A stretch of DNA of 64,000 bases from Histomonas meleagridis 2922-C6/04-290x (lineage: Eukaryota; Protista; Parabasalia). The notes under the pieces were generated by a model. That model was not told the origin of the DNA. It saw nothing but the letters and a program-made list of their open reading frames with translations, and did no database searches. The DNA is taken from contig JAANOX010000004.1 in NCBI GenBank assembly GCA_020184695.1, positions 124,001-188,000 of the forward strand, written 5' to 3'. The first letter of the stretch is position 1. Each line of letters opens with the position of its first letter. Made by a program: the position numbers and the translations under genes. Below, one piece after another: positions 20,355 to 31,780 of the stretch.

Positions 20355-22595
20355 TTACTTCTTCCACTGATCGAATCCATCAGTCAGCCTTGCCAGCCGC
20401 GTCAGCAGACTCTGCTCTTGTTTGGTGAGCACGTAGTCAACAATCTGTGGCAAGTTAATATATTTCTTGAAGAAACTTATGTACGCAAAAACGCCCAAAT
20501 TCAGAGAGATCGCAATCGACAGCTGTACCTCAATGTCATCATAGTACCTCATTACTGTCATTGCTTGTACGGCCAATTTTGTATTTTGACTTACGCGTTG
20601 TTTCGGATCAATTCTTTGGAAGTATGATGATGCCTTACTTAGCAAATTCTGGCCATGTGTACTCATGTTAGACATATTATCTGTGTGTTTGGATGAAAAT
20701 GTTGCTAATAATTGTATCTTATCTTTCGACATAAAATTGCTTTGGAAATGAAACGCTTGATCAATTTGATCGACAAACTCCAAGAAAAAGCAGTGTTGGA
20801 TTTCTTCTTGGTTCTCTGGTAAGACTCCTAATCCGTTTGTTCTGCTGGCGACCGTTTTCGTTAAACGGTTGTAGGACGTTAAGGGGTCGTCAATATTCTG
20901 ATGGTCTATCAAAAAGTCGAGTGGATATAAAAGTGCCAATGTTGGAACAACATTTGCTTGGATATTTATGTGATGGAAAAGTCTGAGCTGTGTTTGAGTT
21001 CTTTCATTTTCGTTAGAAACAAAGTAAAGCCCAGAAAACAATCGATCTGAATATTCCTTAAGTTTTTTGTAATTATTTTGTAATGCTTTTAATGGTTCAT
21101 CACCTTTAAGATGGTCTTGTTGACTTTCAATCTTAACCTTTTTTGGTATATCAAGGTAAGGATCACAATATCTTAAAAGTAAGTGTGTCAAATGACTTGG
21201 TGATTTGATTTGAGTTTTTGATAAATCTAAAATATTCATAGTATCTACCAATATATCCATCGGTTGATTCGAATTGAGCTCAACTTTGGTTGAAGGTGGG
21301 CTTTTCCATGCTTGTAACAATATATACTCATCGTCTTTGACCACTTTTGGCGCTGTAATGCTCTGAAAAACTCCGACGAATTGAGTTTCGAGCGGTTTTA
21401 TCAGCTCAGGGTCACTTTCCTCGATGAAGTGCTTCACTCCTTCATAAATGAGGTTAAAGTCGCGGGTTGTGAAGAGACTTTCTTTTTCAGCAGTCTCGAG
21501 TCCATATGAAAGTTTCTCGCAAACTGTTTTATCCCAATTGTTAACGGCTGCAATGAATTTTTCGATGTTTAAATTTTTCTCGTTAATAAACGCACTTATT
21601 CTCCATGCTAAATCAACGTGAACTGTGTTACGTGAGCAACAACATCGAATAATTCGACACATGTCCCGGAATAAGAAAGGAAATTCACATGGAACAAAAT
21701 GTTCTAAGTAACCACAAATCATTGTATCAATGATGAATACATATTTCGTAGGATATGCACGGCCTGTGTTAATTTTGGAGATTTCTACAATTAGTTCTCG
21801 TGCAGGTGATGGAAGAAGTGGAATTGAATCATTTAAACGATTAAATAATGATATCACTATTTTTGATAATCTTTGCCAATATTGATTGCGAAAAGCACCT
21901 GCGTTGGTCTTAATATATTTTAACTTGATTTCATTGACCATAATGAGTAAATCTGGAATTAAGGGTTGAACAACATTTTCAAAAAAGTGTCCAGGATTTG
22001 TAGCTAAAAAATAGCCGAAAACAATGTCCTTTAAAAACTTATGAGGTGCACTGAATTTAAAGCCATGAATATGGAAATGAAGTTTGAATAATGATTTTAT
22101 CATTTCAAGTGCATATTGGCGATCTTGATTAGTAAGCAAAAAGTTGTAAATCGCTGGAATTGTCGAAAAGCAAAAGTATTTTTTGTCATCTTCGGTTAAA
22201 CCAAAGACACCATATTCTTGAGATGTATTGGATGGAACAAGCATTAAGTAAATAACTTGTGCAAATATTGTTGGATTAGTTTGCAAGAAATAGATTAAGC
22301 AGCTGTACCTATCTTTATGATTAGGGTTAGTAAATGATTTTAATGCATTAGAAATTGATAAGGGTTTAAATTCTTTTAACGGGAAAATTATTTCCTCAAG
22401 TTTATATGAAGTTGGCTTCATAATTAAGTAATTATATTTTGAGAGTAGAGCAGAAGAATATAATAAATGCTTTACTTCTTTGCGAAGTTCTTGAAGTGTT
22501 TGTTTGCAAACGGAGTTTGTTGTTATAGTGAGGTTTCTTTCTCTGTCGAATTTTTGATGGAAATCTTTTACTCGCTCTTGGAAGTCTTTACTCAT
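20355..22595 (-). CDS. Conserved hypothetical protein, possibly divergent RasGAP/VPS9 (GAPVD1-like)
   Basis: 746-aa ORF; YSCLIYFLQTNPTIFAQ and FFENVVQPLI..LPSPARELI loosely resemble the GAPVD1/RasGAP region; not certain. Confidence 0.45.
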   Translation of the reverse strand: MSKDFQERVKDFHQKFDRERNLTITTNSVCKQTLQELRKEVKHLLYSSALLSKYNYLIMKPTSYKLEEIIFPLKEFKPLSISNALKSFTNPNHKDRYSCLIYFLQTNPTIFAQVIYLMLVPSNTSQEYGVFGLTEDDKKYFCFSTIPAIYNFLLTNQDRQYALEMIKSLFKLHFHIHGFKFSAPHKFLKDIVFGYFLATNPGHFFENVVQPLIPDLLIMVNEIKLKYIKTNAGAFRNQYWQRLSKIVISLFNRLNDSIPLLPSPARELIVEISKINTGRAYPTKYVFIIDTMICGYLEHFVPCEFPFLFRDMCRIIRCCCSRNTVHVDLAWRISAFINEKNLNIEKFIAAVNNWDKTVCEKLSYGLETAEKESLFTTRDFNLIYEGVKHFIEESDPELIKPLETQFVGVFQSITAPKVVKDDEYILLQAWKSPPSTKVELNSNQPMDILVDTMNILDLSKTQIKSPSHLTHLLLRYCDPYLDIPKKVKIESQQDHLKGDEPLKALQNNYKKLKEYSDRLFSGLYFVSNENERTQTQLRLFHHINIQANVVPTLALLYPLDFLIDHQNIDDPLTSYNRLTKTVASRTNGLGVLPENQEEIQHCFFLEFVDQIDQAFHFQSNFMSKDKIQLLATFSSKHTDNMSNMSTHGQNLLSKASSYFQRIDPKQRVSQNTKLAVQAMTVMRYYDDIEVQLSIAISLNLGVFAYISFFKKYINLPQIVDYVLTKQEQSLLTRLARLTDGFDQWKK

Positions 22596-22951
22596 TATAA
22601 CCTGTACCGATCAAAATCCTATCAAAACCAAAAAGCTGTTTGACATAACTAAAAATTTTTGTGTGTAAAATAATCGTCTCGAAAAGTAACCCTCCGATAG
22701 ATGGATAATTTAAAAGATTATATTCAGTGAATACGGTTATCATAACAATTTTTGAATTCATTTTTCCTACTCACAGGGGAATCAAAAATTTAAAAAAAAA
22801 TGATAAATTTTCTTGATTTTATATATAACAAAGATTTATATATTTCATAACGAAAATGTTTTTTCTTTTTTTTGCTTTTCTGTTTTTAACGATTCAAATA
22901 ATTAACATTTGATTGACCAAATAAAATTTATTCACAAGAAGCAAATTGATC

Positions 22952-24013
22952 TTAAAATCCAAACAGATCAGCGTCATCAGCTGCCTTAAGTCCGTTTTGA
23001 ATGAAGTCGACAATCGATTTCTTATCACATTTTGTTTTCAAGAAATTATGTTCAAGAAGCTCTTTTGCGCTCGGCCTGTCCTTGGGATCTAACCTTGTGC
23101 ACCTTTCGACAAAATCGCGGTACTCTGGCGAAAATCCTCTGAGTTTAGGAATTCCATATTTTTTAATATGTTTAATTGCTTTCTTTGGTGGTATCTGTGA
23201 ATAAGGAGGACTTCCATTGATCATTTCTATGCACATTATTCCAATGGCCCAAATATCGGAAGCAAATGAATATGATAATCCATCAGATATTTCGGGAGCC
23301 ATCCAATATGGTGATCCAACAATGTAATCGGCTTCTCCTTCTTCTTTTAATGCATCTATTTGTGTGGAAAAGCCAAAATCGCCAATTTTAATTGATCCTG
23401 TTTTCGATAAAAAAATATTACCACACTTTAAATCACGATGAATAAAATTCTTGTCATGCATTCGCTTTAACCCGTGAAGTACTTTTCTAATAATGTAAGC
23501 AACTTGTAGCTCATTGCATTGAACATATCTGAGAATATCTCCAAGTGACCCTGCATCCATATATTGCATAAGAATCCATGATGTTCCATTATGGATGTGA
23601 GCAGAGATCATCTTGACTAAATATCTCGAATGTAATTGATGCATAATTTTAATTTCATCAAGAATAAATTTTCTTTGCTTTTTTGTTAACTTCATCTCTT
23701 TTACTGCAACTTCACGATCCTTGTAATTTGCTAGATATACATTTGAAGTTAGTCCTGTTCCTATTTGTACAACATTTGATAAGAGTGATGTTGGATCTGT
23801 ATCACGAATTATTCTTACTCCAGAGTATGACCCATACCTTGTACTTGATAAGCTATTCGATTCACTTTCTTCTTCAACGGATGTTAATTTTTTCGTTGAT
23901 TTTTTCTTGTGTGTCTTTACCGTAGTTTTTCTCTTTCTTTTTCCTTTGTTAAATTCTGGTTTTTTAGAAATAGGCTGCAATTCTAGAGGAGAAAAAGCGA
24001 CTGAGTTAATCAT
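22952..24013 (-). CDS. STE20/PAK-family Ser/Thr kinase
   Basis: VAVKEM, WILMQYMDAGSL, HRDLKCGN, DFG, GSPYWMAPE, DIWAIG, GSPPY motifs; ATG at 24013. Confidence 0.92.
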   Translation of the reverse strand: MINSVAFSPLELQPISKKPEFNKGKRKRKTTVKTHKKKSTKKLTSVEEESESNSLSSTRYGSYSGVRIIRDTDPTSLLSNVVQIGTGLTSNVYLANYKDREVAVKEMKLTKKQRKFILDEIKIMHQLHSRYLVKMISAHIHNGTSWILMQYMDAGSLGDILRYVQCNELQVAYIIRKVLHGLKRMHDKNFIHRDLKCGNIFLSKTGSIKIGDFGFSTQIDALKEEGEADYIVGSPYWMAPEISDGLSYSFASDIWAIGIMCIEMINGSPPYSQIPPKKAIKHIKKYGIPKLRGFSPEYRDFVERCTRLDPKDRPSAKELLEHNFLKTKCDKKSIVDFIQNGLKAADDADLFGF

Positions 24014-24300
24014 GGAAAGCACCGATTTTTGCTTTTGATAGAGGAATTTTCGGTGTCTTCTGATTTTTTGAGGTTATGCAGAAATTCAATAGGAATTAAA
24101 AAACGGCCAGGCCGTATTGAACGTATGACGGCTTTCAACGAAAAATTGAATACACGATAGATTTCGAACATCCGTGTGTAAACTATTGAATTATTTAATT
24201 TCACGAAAATGATCACAGTCCGCTCACTTTTTCGTAAGCACTAACGCCACAAATGTCAAATGGCATTAAAAATACAGAATTTTTTTTTTCATTTTTTATT

Positions 24301-25185
24301 TTACTTTTGCAAGTACAGTTCCGTTTGTTTTTTAGATACAGAAACTTCTGATGAATTTTCACTGCTTTCAATCTTGATATGGGAATTGTTCTTTCTTCGA
24401 ACAACAAGAACAATAACAACGACGATAATAACAACAGGAACAGTTATGGCCACTGCTGTGTTGGAGTCGTCAATTTGATTTCATTTCTTCATTTTTGGCA
24501 ATTGCAGTTGCAAATCGCCCAAATTTTCCAATTTTTCGATGTCTTCTTTTACTATTTCTTTTTTATTTGATTTTATTTCTTCATTTTGCGTTTACGCTTT
24601 TGCAACAATTTCATTTAATTCTACTATTGAGTTTGCATTTGATATTTGTGCAGTATAATTCACTTTGTTTTCTTCTTCCAAAAACTTTAATTCATTAATT
24701 TTATTCTTTGCTGATGTTTTTTGTGTTTCTTCGTTTTTGTTTGATGCAGATTCTGCTTTTGTAACAATTTCATTTATTTCTTTTTGTGATTTTGCACTTG
24801 ATATATGTGTTGCATAATTTGATTTGTTTTTTTCTTCAAAGAACATATTATTGATTTTATTCTTTGCTGATGTTTTTGATGTTTCTTCATTTTTATTTGA
24901 TGTCGATTCTGCAACAATTTCATCTAATTCTTTTAGTTGGTTTGTACATCAAATTTGTGCTGCATAATTTGCTTTGTTTTATTCTTCCAAATACAATAAT
25001 TCATCAAGTTTGCTTAATGCCTTATCTTTAAATGATCTATTAGAATCAGAAAATGTCTTTTTTCCAATTAATTGTATTGATCCCAATTTATCTTTGCATT
25101 TTTCGTATTTTAGATTTTTTACATTATAAAATGCATAAGTTTTATATGGGGCAGTAGATAAATGTTTCAAAATTTTTCTAAGCAC
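24301..25185 (-). pseudogene. Decayed type I membrane protein: BspA-like fragment + three GA-module-like repeats + TM + tail
   Basis: ~52-aa repeats such as AKNKINELKFLEEENKVNYTAQISNANSIVELNEIVAKA; TM AVAITVPVVIIVVVIVLVV then RRK; several in-frame stops and a frameshift. Confidence 0.7.
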
Positions 25186-25401
25186 GATGTATACATCATC
25201 TCATTATAATGAGATTCACAAGTAGTGGGGATTGATGATAACAAAACGGCGTCAACCAACTTTCCTTTTTATGAATTTTAAAAAAAAAAAAAAAATTGGA
25301 ATATTTATATTGTTCCAAATATATTTTATTTGTTCAATCTCATAAACCATTAAAGAACATGTACAAAATCTAAGGTTTTTTATTATACAAATCATTTTTC
25401 A

Positions 25402-27234
25402 TTATTGTTTTGGTTTTTTTGAAGTACCTATAGCATGTAACAAATTTCTATTACTAAAAACTAATCTATGAGTGTAAGCATTTCTTGGCTGGAAATGTCT
25501 TAAAGGCTCTGCACCGTTTGCAGAAGTGCTACAAATTGTACCTACATCCCATAACAATACTTCTCCAGACAAATCTGTTGTTGCCAGAATTGTTCCTTCC
25601 ATACTTAATGTCATATCCACTATATCATTTCTATGTGCCTTAATAGTACCAATTTTGCGACCTTCTCCGATATCCCAAGTTGATATTTTACCAGATTCAT
25701 CACCTCTGATAATAATTCTACCATTTCTAGTGAACTGTATAACTCTTGGTACGTCTACAGTCGAAGCAAACATTTTCGTAAAAGGAGAATTAGAATCGCA
25801 TCTAATATCCCATAACATTACTGAGCAATCATAACTCGCGGTCGCTATTGTGGAAGCGTTCGGATGATATTTAATATCTGTTATAGGCTCTTGATGATTC
25901 ACAAAGACGCGTAATGGCTTAGAATGATCAAGTGCCCATAAAAATCCAACGCTTTCATCACAGCCAGTGACGAAATGATATCCTAATGGCGACCAATCAG
26001 CACACCATGTAATACCACCAAATGTTGGTATGTTGGAAAATCCAGTGGAAACTTCGCATGGATTTATACGTATAGAAGATTGTTGGCCACATAATAAAAA
26101 TTTCGAATCGGGTGAAAATCGAACACAATATGTACGTGGGCCAACAATAGTACGCGTATATGTACATGCAGCTCCTGTTGATGGATTTATTGGACGAGGT
26201 ATCATCATGTGATTATTACGTGATTCGATTTGTTGATAAAGTAAATTGTCATCAAGATCTGTTGAAGCATTGGTGGAAATTAATTTGACATAATTACGGT
26301 CAGTGGCTGCGGCAATTAATGTGCCGCTGCCATTAATGTCATAGGAAACATTTTCATGATGAAATGTGAAATATGCACAAGATGGTAAATTGTTCTTGGA
26401 AAGTGGCATCATGTTAAGAATATCATTGGATATGGCAAGGATTCGGTCATGGGGAGGGCGAGGAAGTGGAAAACCGGGATCTGTGGTTTTGTGGTCATCA
26501 TCAAATATTTCAAATGTACAATTGGGGCCTATATATTTACGAGCTAAATCAAGTGGCCCGTCCTTCAGAAGATGGATAACAGGCTCAATAGGATGCTCGG
26601 ATTGATCAGTTGTATAAAATATAAATCCGGGAATATGATCTGGTCGAGCTGTAAAATGATCTAAAGAAATAAATGTTATTTTGACTTTCTGGCTGAGGAT
26701 CTTAAGAAAACGAGTGTATGAGCGATCCATAAGAAATGCAACTAAAGCTTGATATGTGGTTTCAGTAAGAGATGTTGAAAATGTGGTGTTGCTGAGTGAG
26801 CTCTGCTTACTGCTAAGAGAGGAAGCATGGAGATATTGATTAAGTTTTTTAATATCTGAATCATGAAAAACATGAAACATTTTGGAACCATCCGCAGCAA
26901 ATTGAAAATGATCAAAAAATGCTTTAGCTTCAGATTCCCTTTTGGACTCAAACAATTCTACTATTGTGTGATAAAAAAAAGCAAATAAAAGTGGCTTGAG
27001 TTGAAGTTGTTGTACAGTAGGAACTTGGTAAACAAAATCAACTAGATCTGAGTACATTTTTGGCATTTCACTTACATCTTCAAGTTCTGCGCTTTGGGAA
27101 ATTAAATAATCCATTGCTGTTTGATGAGGATAATTTGGAGCAAGAGAATTTAAAAACGATGTGTTTACCATGTATCCATGTTCATTGAAATAATCTTTGA
27201 TTGAATCACGCAGTTGTCTATTTGGATCTTCCAT
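25402..27234 (-). CDS. TAF5: TAF5-like WD40 protein (LisH/NTD2 + WD40)
   Basis: IKDYFNEHGY (LisH-like), YSDLVDFV...LKPLLFAFF (NTD2), WCADWSPLGYHFVTG, HQEPITDIKYHPNASTIATASYDCSVMLWD. Confidence 0.75.
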   Translation of the reverse strand: MEDPNRQLRDSIKDYFNEHGYMVNTSFLNSLAPNYPHQTAMDYLISQSAELEDVSEMPKMYSDLVDFVYQVPTVQQLQLKPLLFAFFYHTIVELFESKRESEAKAFFDHFQFAADGSKMFHVFHDSDIKKLNQYLHASSLSSKQSSLSNTTFSTSLTETTYQALVAFLMDRSYTRFLKILSQKVKITFISLDHFTARPDHIPGFIFYTTDQSEHPIEPVIHLLKDGPLDLARKYIGPNCTFEIFDDDHKTTDPGFPLPRPPHDRILAISNDILNMMPLSKNNLPSCAYFTFHHENVSYDINGSGTLIAAATDRNYVKLISTNASTDLDDNLLYQQIESRNNHMMIPRPINPSTGAACTYTRTIVGPRTYCVRFSPDSKFLLCGQQSSIRINPCEVSTGFSNIPTFGGITWCADWSPLGYHFVTGCDESVGFLWALDHSKPLRVFVNHQEPITDIKYHPNASTIATASYDCSVMLWDIRCDSNSPFTKMFASTVDVPRVIQFTRNGRIIIRGDESGKISTWDIGEGRKIGTIKAHRNDIVDMTLSMEGTILATTDLSGEVLLWDVGTICSTSANGAEPLRHFQPRNAYTHRLVFSNRNLLHAIGTSKKPKQ

Positions 27235-27579
27235 TGAGCTGGATATTTTGGTTTAGCATAAAACCGCGAAATAAACGTTCTCTTTAATAGAGGCATGAAC
27301 ACTCAACAAATCTTAGAACATGTTTTATCTAAAAGTTTTATAATAATGTTTACATAATATTTTTGCTGTTTAAAATAGTTATTCTCTTGAACTAAATAGA
27401 ACAAGGGCATTTCTACCCAATTTCATTTTGAATAATTCGATAAAGATGCGGTGAAATGGGTGTTGCGAAGTGGCACAGTCACATAAATTTAGGGGTCTGT
27501 ATTTTGACCATGTTCTGGATTAGAAACAACCACTATTGGGATTATACATAATAATAATGCATTTTCTTCATGTTCTTCA

Positions 27580-27780
27580 TTAAAAATCATTACATATCTG
27601 AGTTAAGTCACACAATTCGCCGACAATGCGTTCTATGATTGCAGCAGCAACATGAGCGCTTTTGTCTTAGGAGGAAAAGTTGCCACGATCGTCATTGACA
27701 TGTTTTACAGGGGGAGTGCATTGCGAAACCTTCGGATTGGCAGCGGTGTTTCTTGGATTGTTAAAAACGCATTCCAATAA
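27580..27780 (+). pseudogene. Short BspA-like LRR relic
   Basis: Frame reads LKIITYLS-stop-VTQFADNAFYDCSSNMSAFVLGGKVATIVIDMFYRGSALRNLRIGSGVSWIVKNAFQ-stop. Confidence 0.6.
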
Positions 27781-28049
27781 TCAACATCGATGAAGTGTTA
27801 ACCACAATTAAAGTTATATATTTTATTCATGCGAGAATTTGTAAAACATATCGTTTCCAATTGGTGAAAACGTATTTTCATATCTGAAGGAAACACATTT
27901 CCTTTATTCTGTTCTTTAATTTTTTAAAATTATTTTGGTGTGGTTTCTTTTTTTGGTCGATAAATAAAAAATAATAATAACAAAAGAATTTAGGGGAAGT
28001 ATTGCTGTATAATCTTGTTCATTCTCTTTGATTTTTTGTATTCTTTTTA

Positions 28050-28158
28050 TACGGTTTACCTAAATTTCGTTTTCTAAAAACGATCCGGCGGTTGTTTCTA
28101 TTTTGAATGACTTGTGACGGTTATCCATAATTTTCAGCACGCAGACTATTGACGGTTA
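28050..28158 (+). promoter_or_regulatory. Four M3/Myb-like DRCSGYTD motifs upstream of the P/Q-rich gene
   Basis: TACGGTTT 28050, GGCGGTTG 28087, GACGGTTA 28115, GACGGTTA 28151, all on the same strand. Confidence 0.4.
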
Positions 28159-28202
28159 ACGATTCAAAAAGTCATCGTTGGATTATTTCAACTAAATTTC
28201 TA

Positions 28203-29972
28203 ATGTATCCAGGACAATATCCCGGACAATACCCATATGGTCAGCCAGGATACCCACAACAGTACCCTCAACAAGGAATTTATCGCCAGCCTGGGCCATA
28301 TGGTCAATACCCACAGACAAACCAATATGCACAACCTGTTTATGGACAACAGCCATACAGACAACCTTCACCATACGGTCAATACCCAGGAATGCCAGGT
28401 CAACCTTATCCAGGTCAGCCATATCCAGGTTCTCAAGGCCAGCCATATCCAGGTCAACCTTATCCAGGGCAAGCACCACAAATACCAGGACAACCAAATG
28501 ATCCCCTTAGAGGGTCTCATGCACAACCATATCCAGGGCAACCTTATCCAGGTCAATCACCACAAATGCCAGGTCAACCATATCCTGGCCAGCCAGCTCC
28601 TGGCTCTCATGGACAACAGTATCCAGGAATGGCACCTTCTGGTTCTCAAGGTCAACAATATCCAGGAATTCCATCACAAGGTTCTCAAGGTCAACAATAT
28701 CCTGGACAACCAAATCAACAATACCCAGGACAGTCACCTCAAATGCCTGGACAACCAGCACCTGGTTCCCAAGGCCAACCGTATCCAGGAATGCCATCAC
28801 AAGGTTCTCAAGGTCAACAATATCCTGGACAACCAAATCAACAATACCCAGGACAGCCACCTCAAATTCCTGGACAACCTGCTCCTGGCTCTCAAAGTCA
28901 ACAATATCCAGGAATGCAAAATCAACAATATCCTGGACAACCAAGTCAGCAATATTCTGGACAACCACAGCAAATGCCTGGACAACCAGCGCCTGGTTCT
29001 CAGGGCCAACAATATCCTGGACAACCAAGTCAGCAATATCCTGGACAACCAAGTCAGCAATATTCTGGACAACCACAGCAAATGCCTGGACAACCAGCAC
29101 CTGGTTCTCAAGGTCAGCAATATCCTGGGCAATCACCAAGGCCATCACAGAATGATCCATATGCTTCAATTCCAAATCAATATCCGGGACAGCCACAACC
29201 ACAAAATGAGTCACAAGGAAGCCAAAGCCAACAAAGTCCTAATCCGCCATATCCTTCGCCACCAAATGACTTAAGCCAATCTTACACACAGCCACCGCCA
29301 GGCCAGCAGCCACAATACCCTCCACAACAACAACAGCAACAACAACCTCCACAGTACCCAGGAATGCCGCCTGAACAACGCCCACCACAAGAGCAGCGTC
29401 CACCTCAGCAGCAGCCACAAGAACAGCCGCAGTATCCACCGCAACAGCCACCACAAGGACAGCAGTATCCAGACTTGCCGCCTTACCCAGCTATGCCACA
29501 AGAGCAGCAACAACAACAACAGCCACCACAAGAACAACGTCCACCTCAACAGGAACAGCAACAACAGCCGCCGCAGTATCCGGACTTGCCAGCATACCCA
29601 TCAATGCCACCACAGGAACAGCAGCAACAGCAACAACAACCAAATGACATGCCGCAATACCCGAATTTGCCACCTGAACAACAGCGTCCACAAGAGCATC
29701 CGCCAATGCCACCAAGCGAAATGCCATCAGCTGGACCACCACCACAACAACAACAACAGCAGCAGTTCAGCTATCCAAGCCTTGACCAGCCCAACGCAGA
29801 CAGCAGCAACAGCAGCAGCAATGCACCACCCCAACAATTAGGGTACCCCAATCTACCTGAAATGACAAATGCACAACAGCCACCTCAGCAACCACCACAA
29901 CAGCCACCACAGCAGCCACAAAACACCGGAGGATTACCACAATATCCAAATATTCCCGAATTAGACATCTAA
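28203..29972 (+). CDS. Entirely low-complexity Pro/Gln/Gly/Tyr protein
   Basis: ATG 28203 MYPGQYPGQ; repeats [16 protein letters not shown]; poly-Q; six YPx[LI] motifs in the C-terminal third. Confidence 0.8.
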   Translation: MYPGQYPGQYPYGQPGYPQQYPQQGIYRQPGPYGQYPQTNQYAQPVYGQQPYRQPSPYGQYPGMPGQPYPGQPYPGSQGQPYPGQPYPGQAPQIPGQPNDPLRGSHAQPYPGQPYPGQSPQMPGQPYPGQPAPGSHGQQYPGMAPSGSQGQQYPGIPSQGSQGQQYPGQPNQQYPGQSPQMPGQPAPGSQGQPYPGMPSQGSQGQQYPGQPNQQYPGQPPQIPGQPAPGSQSQQYPGMQNQQYPGQPSQQYSGQPQQMPGQPAPGSQGQQYPGQPSQQYPGQPSQQYSGQPQQMPGQPAPGSQGQQYPGQSPRPSQNDPYASIPNQYPGQPQPQNESQGSQSQQSPNPPYPSPPNDLSQSYTQPPPGQQPQYPPQQQQQQQPPQYPGMPPEQRPPQEQRPPQQQPQEQPQYPPQQPPQGQQYPDLPPYPAMPQEQQQQQQPPQEQRPPQQEQQQQPPQYPDLPAYPSMPPQEQQQQQQQPNDMPQYPNLPPEQQRPQEHPPMPPSEMPSAGPPPQQQQQQQFSYPSLDQPNADSSNSSSNAPPQQLGYPNLPEMTNAQQPPQQPPQQPPQQPQNTGGLPQYPNIPELDI

Positions 29973-30007
29973 ACAGTAACAATTGAATTGTTCAAATTTT
30001 CCTTTAT

Positions 30008-31780
30008 TCATTTTTCGATTCCTCTGCGCACCGTTGGGCACAGCTCCCGCACCAGCGCTTTGCCCGATGTGACCGAAGTGGCTCCAACGTAAAAGTCGAT
30101 TGCGCCTTGAAACAGTTTGAGCCCCATCGACTTTATGATCGATACTTCTGTTGGGACAACGCCTCCAATGACAAAAACCATTATTTTCTGGTTTTGGCTT
30201 TTGTTGGCTTCTTTGTTTTTGAAGAAATTTGAAAAATCTATCGGAGGTGTTGAGAATGGCGTTTGATTCTTTTCTAAAAACCATTTTTTGGTATGTCCGA
30301 TTTTTCCGAGTACTGTTTCTTCAACAAGACGACAAATTAATGGAACATAACCACCATCATAAAATGATCCAAAGTCATCTTTTTTATCAGGAGATACCAT
30401 TAAGTTAAATAACTTTTTGGTTTGTTCCCATGTTGGAAGATGTTTCGAAAATAAATCATAAAATGGAACTTTATTAGTTAGTAAATTTACTTTTTCAAGA
30501 TTTAAAATATCATCAAATGCTTTCATACCAAATCGTTCAATTATTCTTCTTCTGATTAGATGTAATTTCTTTTTACTTAATCCTCTATTATATATACATT
30601 CGATGCAATATTGACGAATTGCTTCATCCCAATATCTATCTGTAAGCATAAAGTTATCTGAATAAGGAGGTTCTACATCGATTCCAACTTGAGTTCGATA
30701 TTCAAATTCTATAGTATCCTTAAAACGATTATCTAATGATTTAATCATAGCAAGATAATTCATAATATCTAAATGAAGATTAAGACGTGGTTTGATTTCA
30801 GCAAGTCTTTTTGCATTGATAGCATGTGTTTTAAATTGATTTGTATCTAATCCAGGTATAAGCGCTTTCTTTGTTCGATCTATTGCAGATATTTCAGAAC
30901 AAGCTACTTCAACAGCATCTGATAATTGCATACCTCTTAGTTCTCGATATACTTTATCAGTATTATTTAATATTATTCTTTCATTTCCTTGATTAAGTTC
31001 TGTTGGAAGATTTAATATATTATTTCTGATTGATAAGTTTTCATATAATATTCCTTCATAAGTAAATTCTGTCATCAAAGGTGTAAAAAGATCGCATGTT
31101 CTATCTAAAATAATTAATGATGAAAAGGATGGTTCTTCATCAAATACAGAAATTGAAATATGTTCTTTCATCTCATTCATAATATGTTTAACTCGAGATG
31201 ACATTGGACCAAAAGTATATATTTTTGGAAATATTCCATTTATTGCTTCTATCTTAACTAATGCACGTGATATCGTTCTTAAATCTTCTATTTTTTTCTC
31301 AGCAAACACATGACGAAAACAATGAGGAGTTGGTACAAGGAATTCATAATTTTCTATGGCTATTAAATCTGCATGAAATTCTATAATCATGATTTCACTT
31401 TCAATTCCAGAGTTTTCTACTGCTATTTGTGATAATCGATCATATACTGGAGATATTAAAATTGTTCTTCTTTTGTTTGGAAGCTTTTTGTAATATTGAC
31501 AAAGTTCTTTGATGACTTCTGGTTCATTAGGAACTATTGATATTATTTCATTAAGGTTAATTGAAGATTCTTCCAGTGATAAAGCTTCTTCAAATGTTAT
31601 AACTTTTGAAAATGCTTTGCCTAAAACATTGATGCTTAACAAACATTCGATAAAAGGAAGATAATCATATGGAATTATGCAAAGGGAGTTTTTGTCTAAT
31701 TTCATACTTTTGAATTCATTAAGTGCTTGATGAATTATTGGGTCAAATATGGAATCTTTTTGCTTTGTCATTTTAGCCAT
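30008..31780 (-). CDS. VPS33: Sec1/Munc18 family protein, Vps33-like
   Basis: LIILDRTCDLFTPLMTEFTYEGIL, YRELRGM, YDGGYVPLICRLVE and MVFVIGGVVPTEVS motifs. Confidence 0.82.
   Translation of the reverse strand: MAKMTKQKDSIFDPIIHQALNEFKSMKLDKNSLCIIPYDYLPFIECLLSINVLGKAFSKVITFEEALSLEESSINLNEIISIVPNEPEVIKELCQYYKKLPNKRRTILISPVYDRLSQIAVENSGIESEIMIIEFHADLIAIENYEFLVPTPHCFRHVFAEKKIEDLRTISRALVKIEAINGIFPKIYTFGPMSSRVKHIMNEMKEHISISVFDEEPSFSSLIILDRTCDLFTPLMTEFTYEGILYENLSIRNNILNLPTELNQGNERIILNNTDKVYRELRGMQLSDAVEVACSEISAIDRTKKALIPGLDTNQFKTHAINAKRLAEIKPRLNLHLDIMNYLAMIKSLDNRFKDTIEFEYRTQVGIDVEPPYSDNFMLTDRYWDEAIRQYCIECIYNRGLSKKKLHLIRRRIIERFGMKAFDDILNLEKVNLLTNKVPFYDLFSKHLPTWEQTKKLFNLMVSPDKKDDFGSFYDGGYVPLICRLVEETVLGKIGHTKKWFLEKNQTPFSTPPIDFSNFFKNKEANKSQNQKIMVFVIGGVVPTEVSIIKSMGLKLFQGAIDFYVGATSVTSGKALVRELCPTVRRGIEK

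Noticed and set aside
24103-24115. GC-rich palindrome ACGGCC-A-GGCCGT upstream of the kinase (also GAGCACGTGCTC at 57399-57410)
   Set aside because: Single short palindromes with no recurrence; cannot be distinguished from chance.
24920-24990. TGA read as Trp (mycoplasma code) in the GA-module relic
   Set aside because: TAA stops and a frameshift also occur, and the TGA aligns with Ser in the sister repeats, so ordinary decay explains it.
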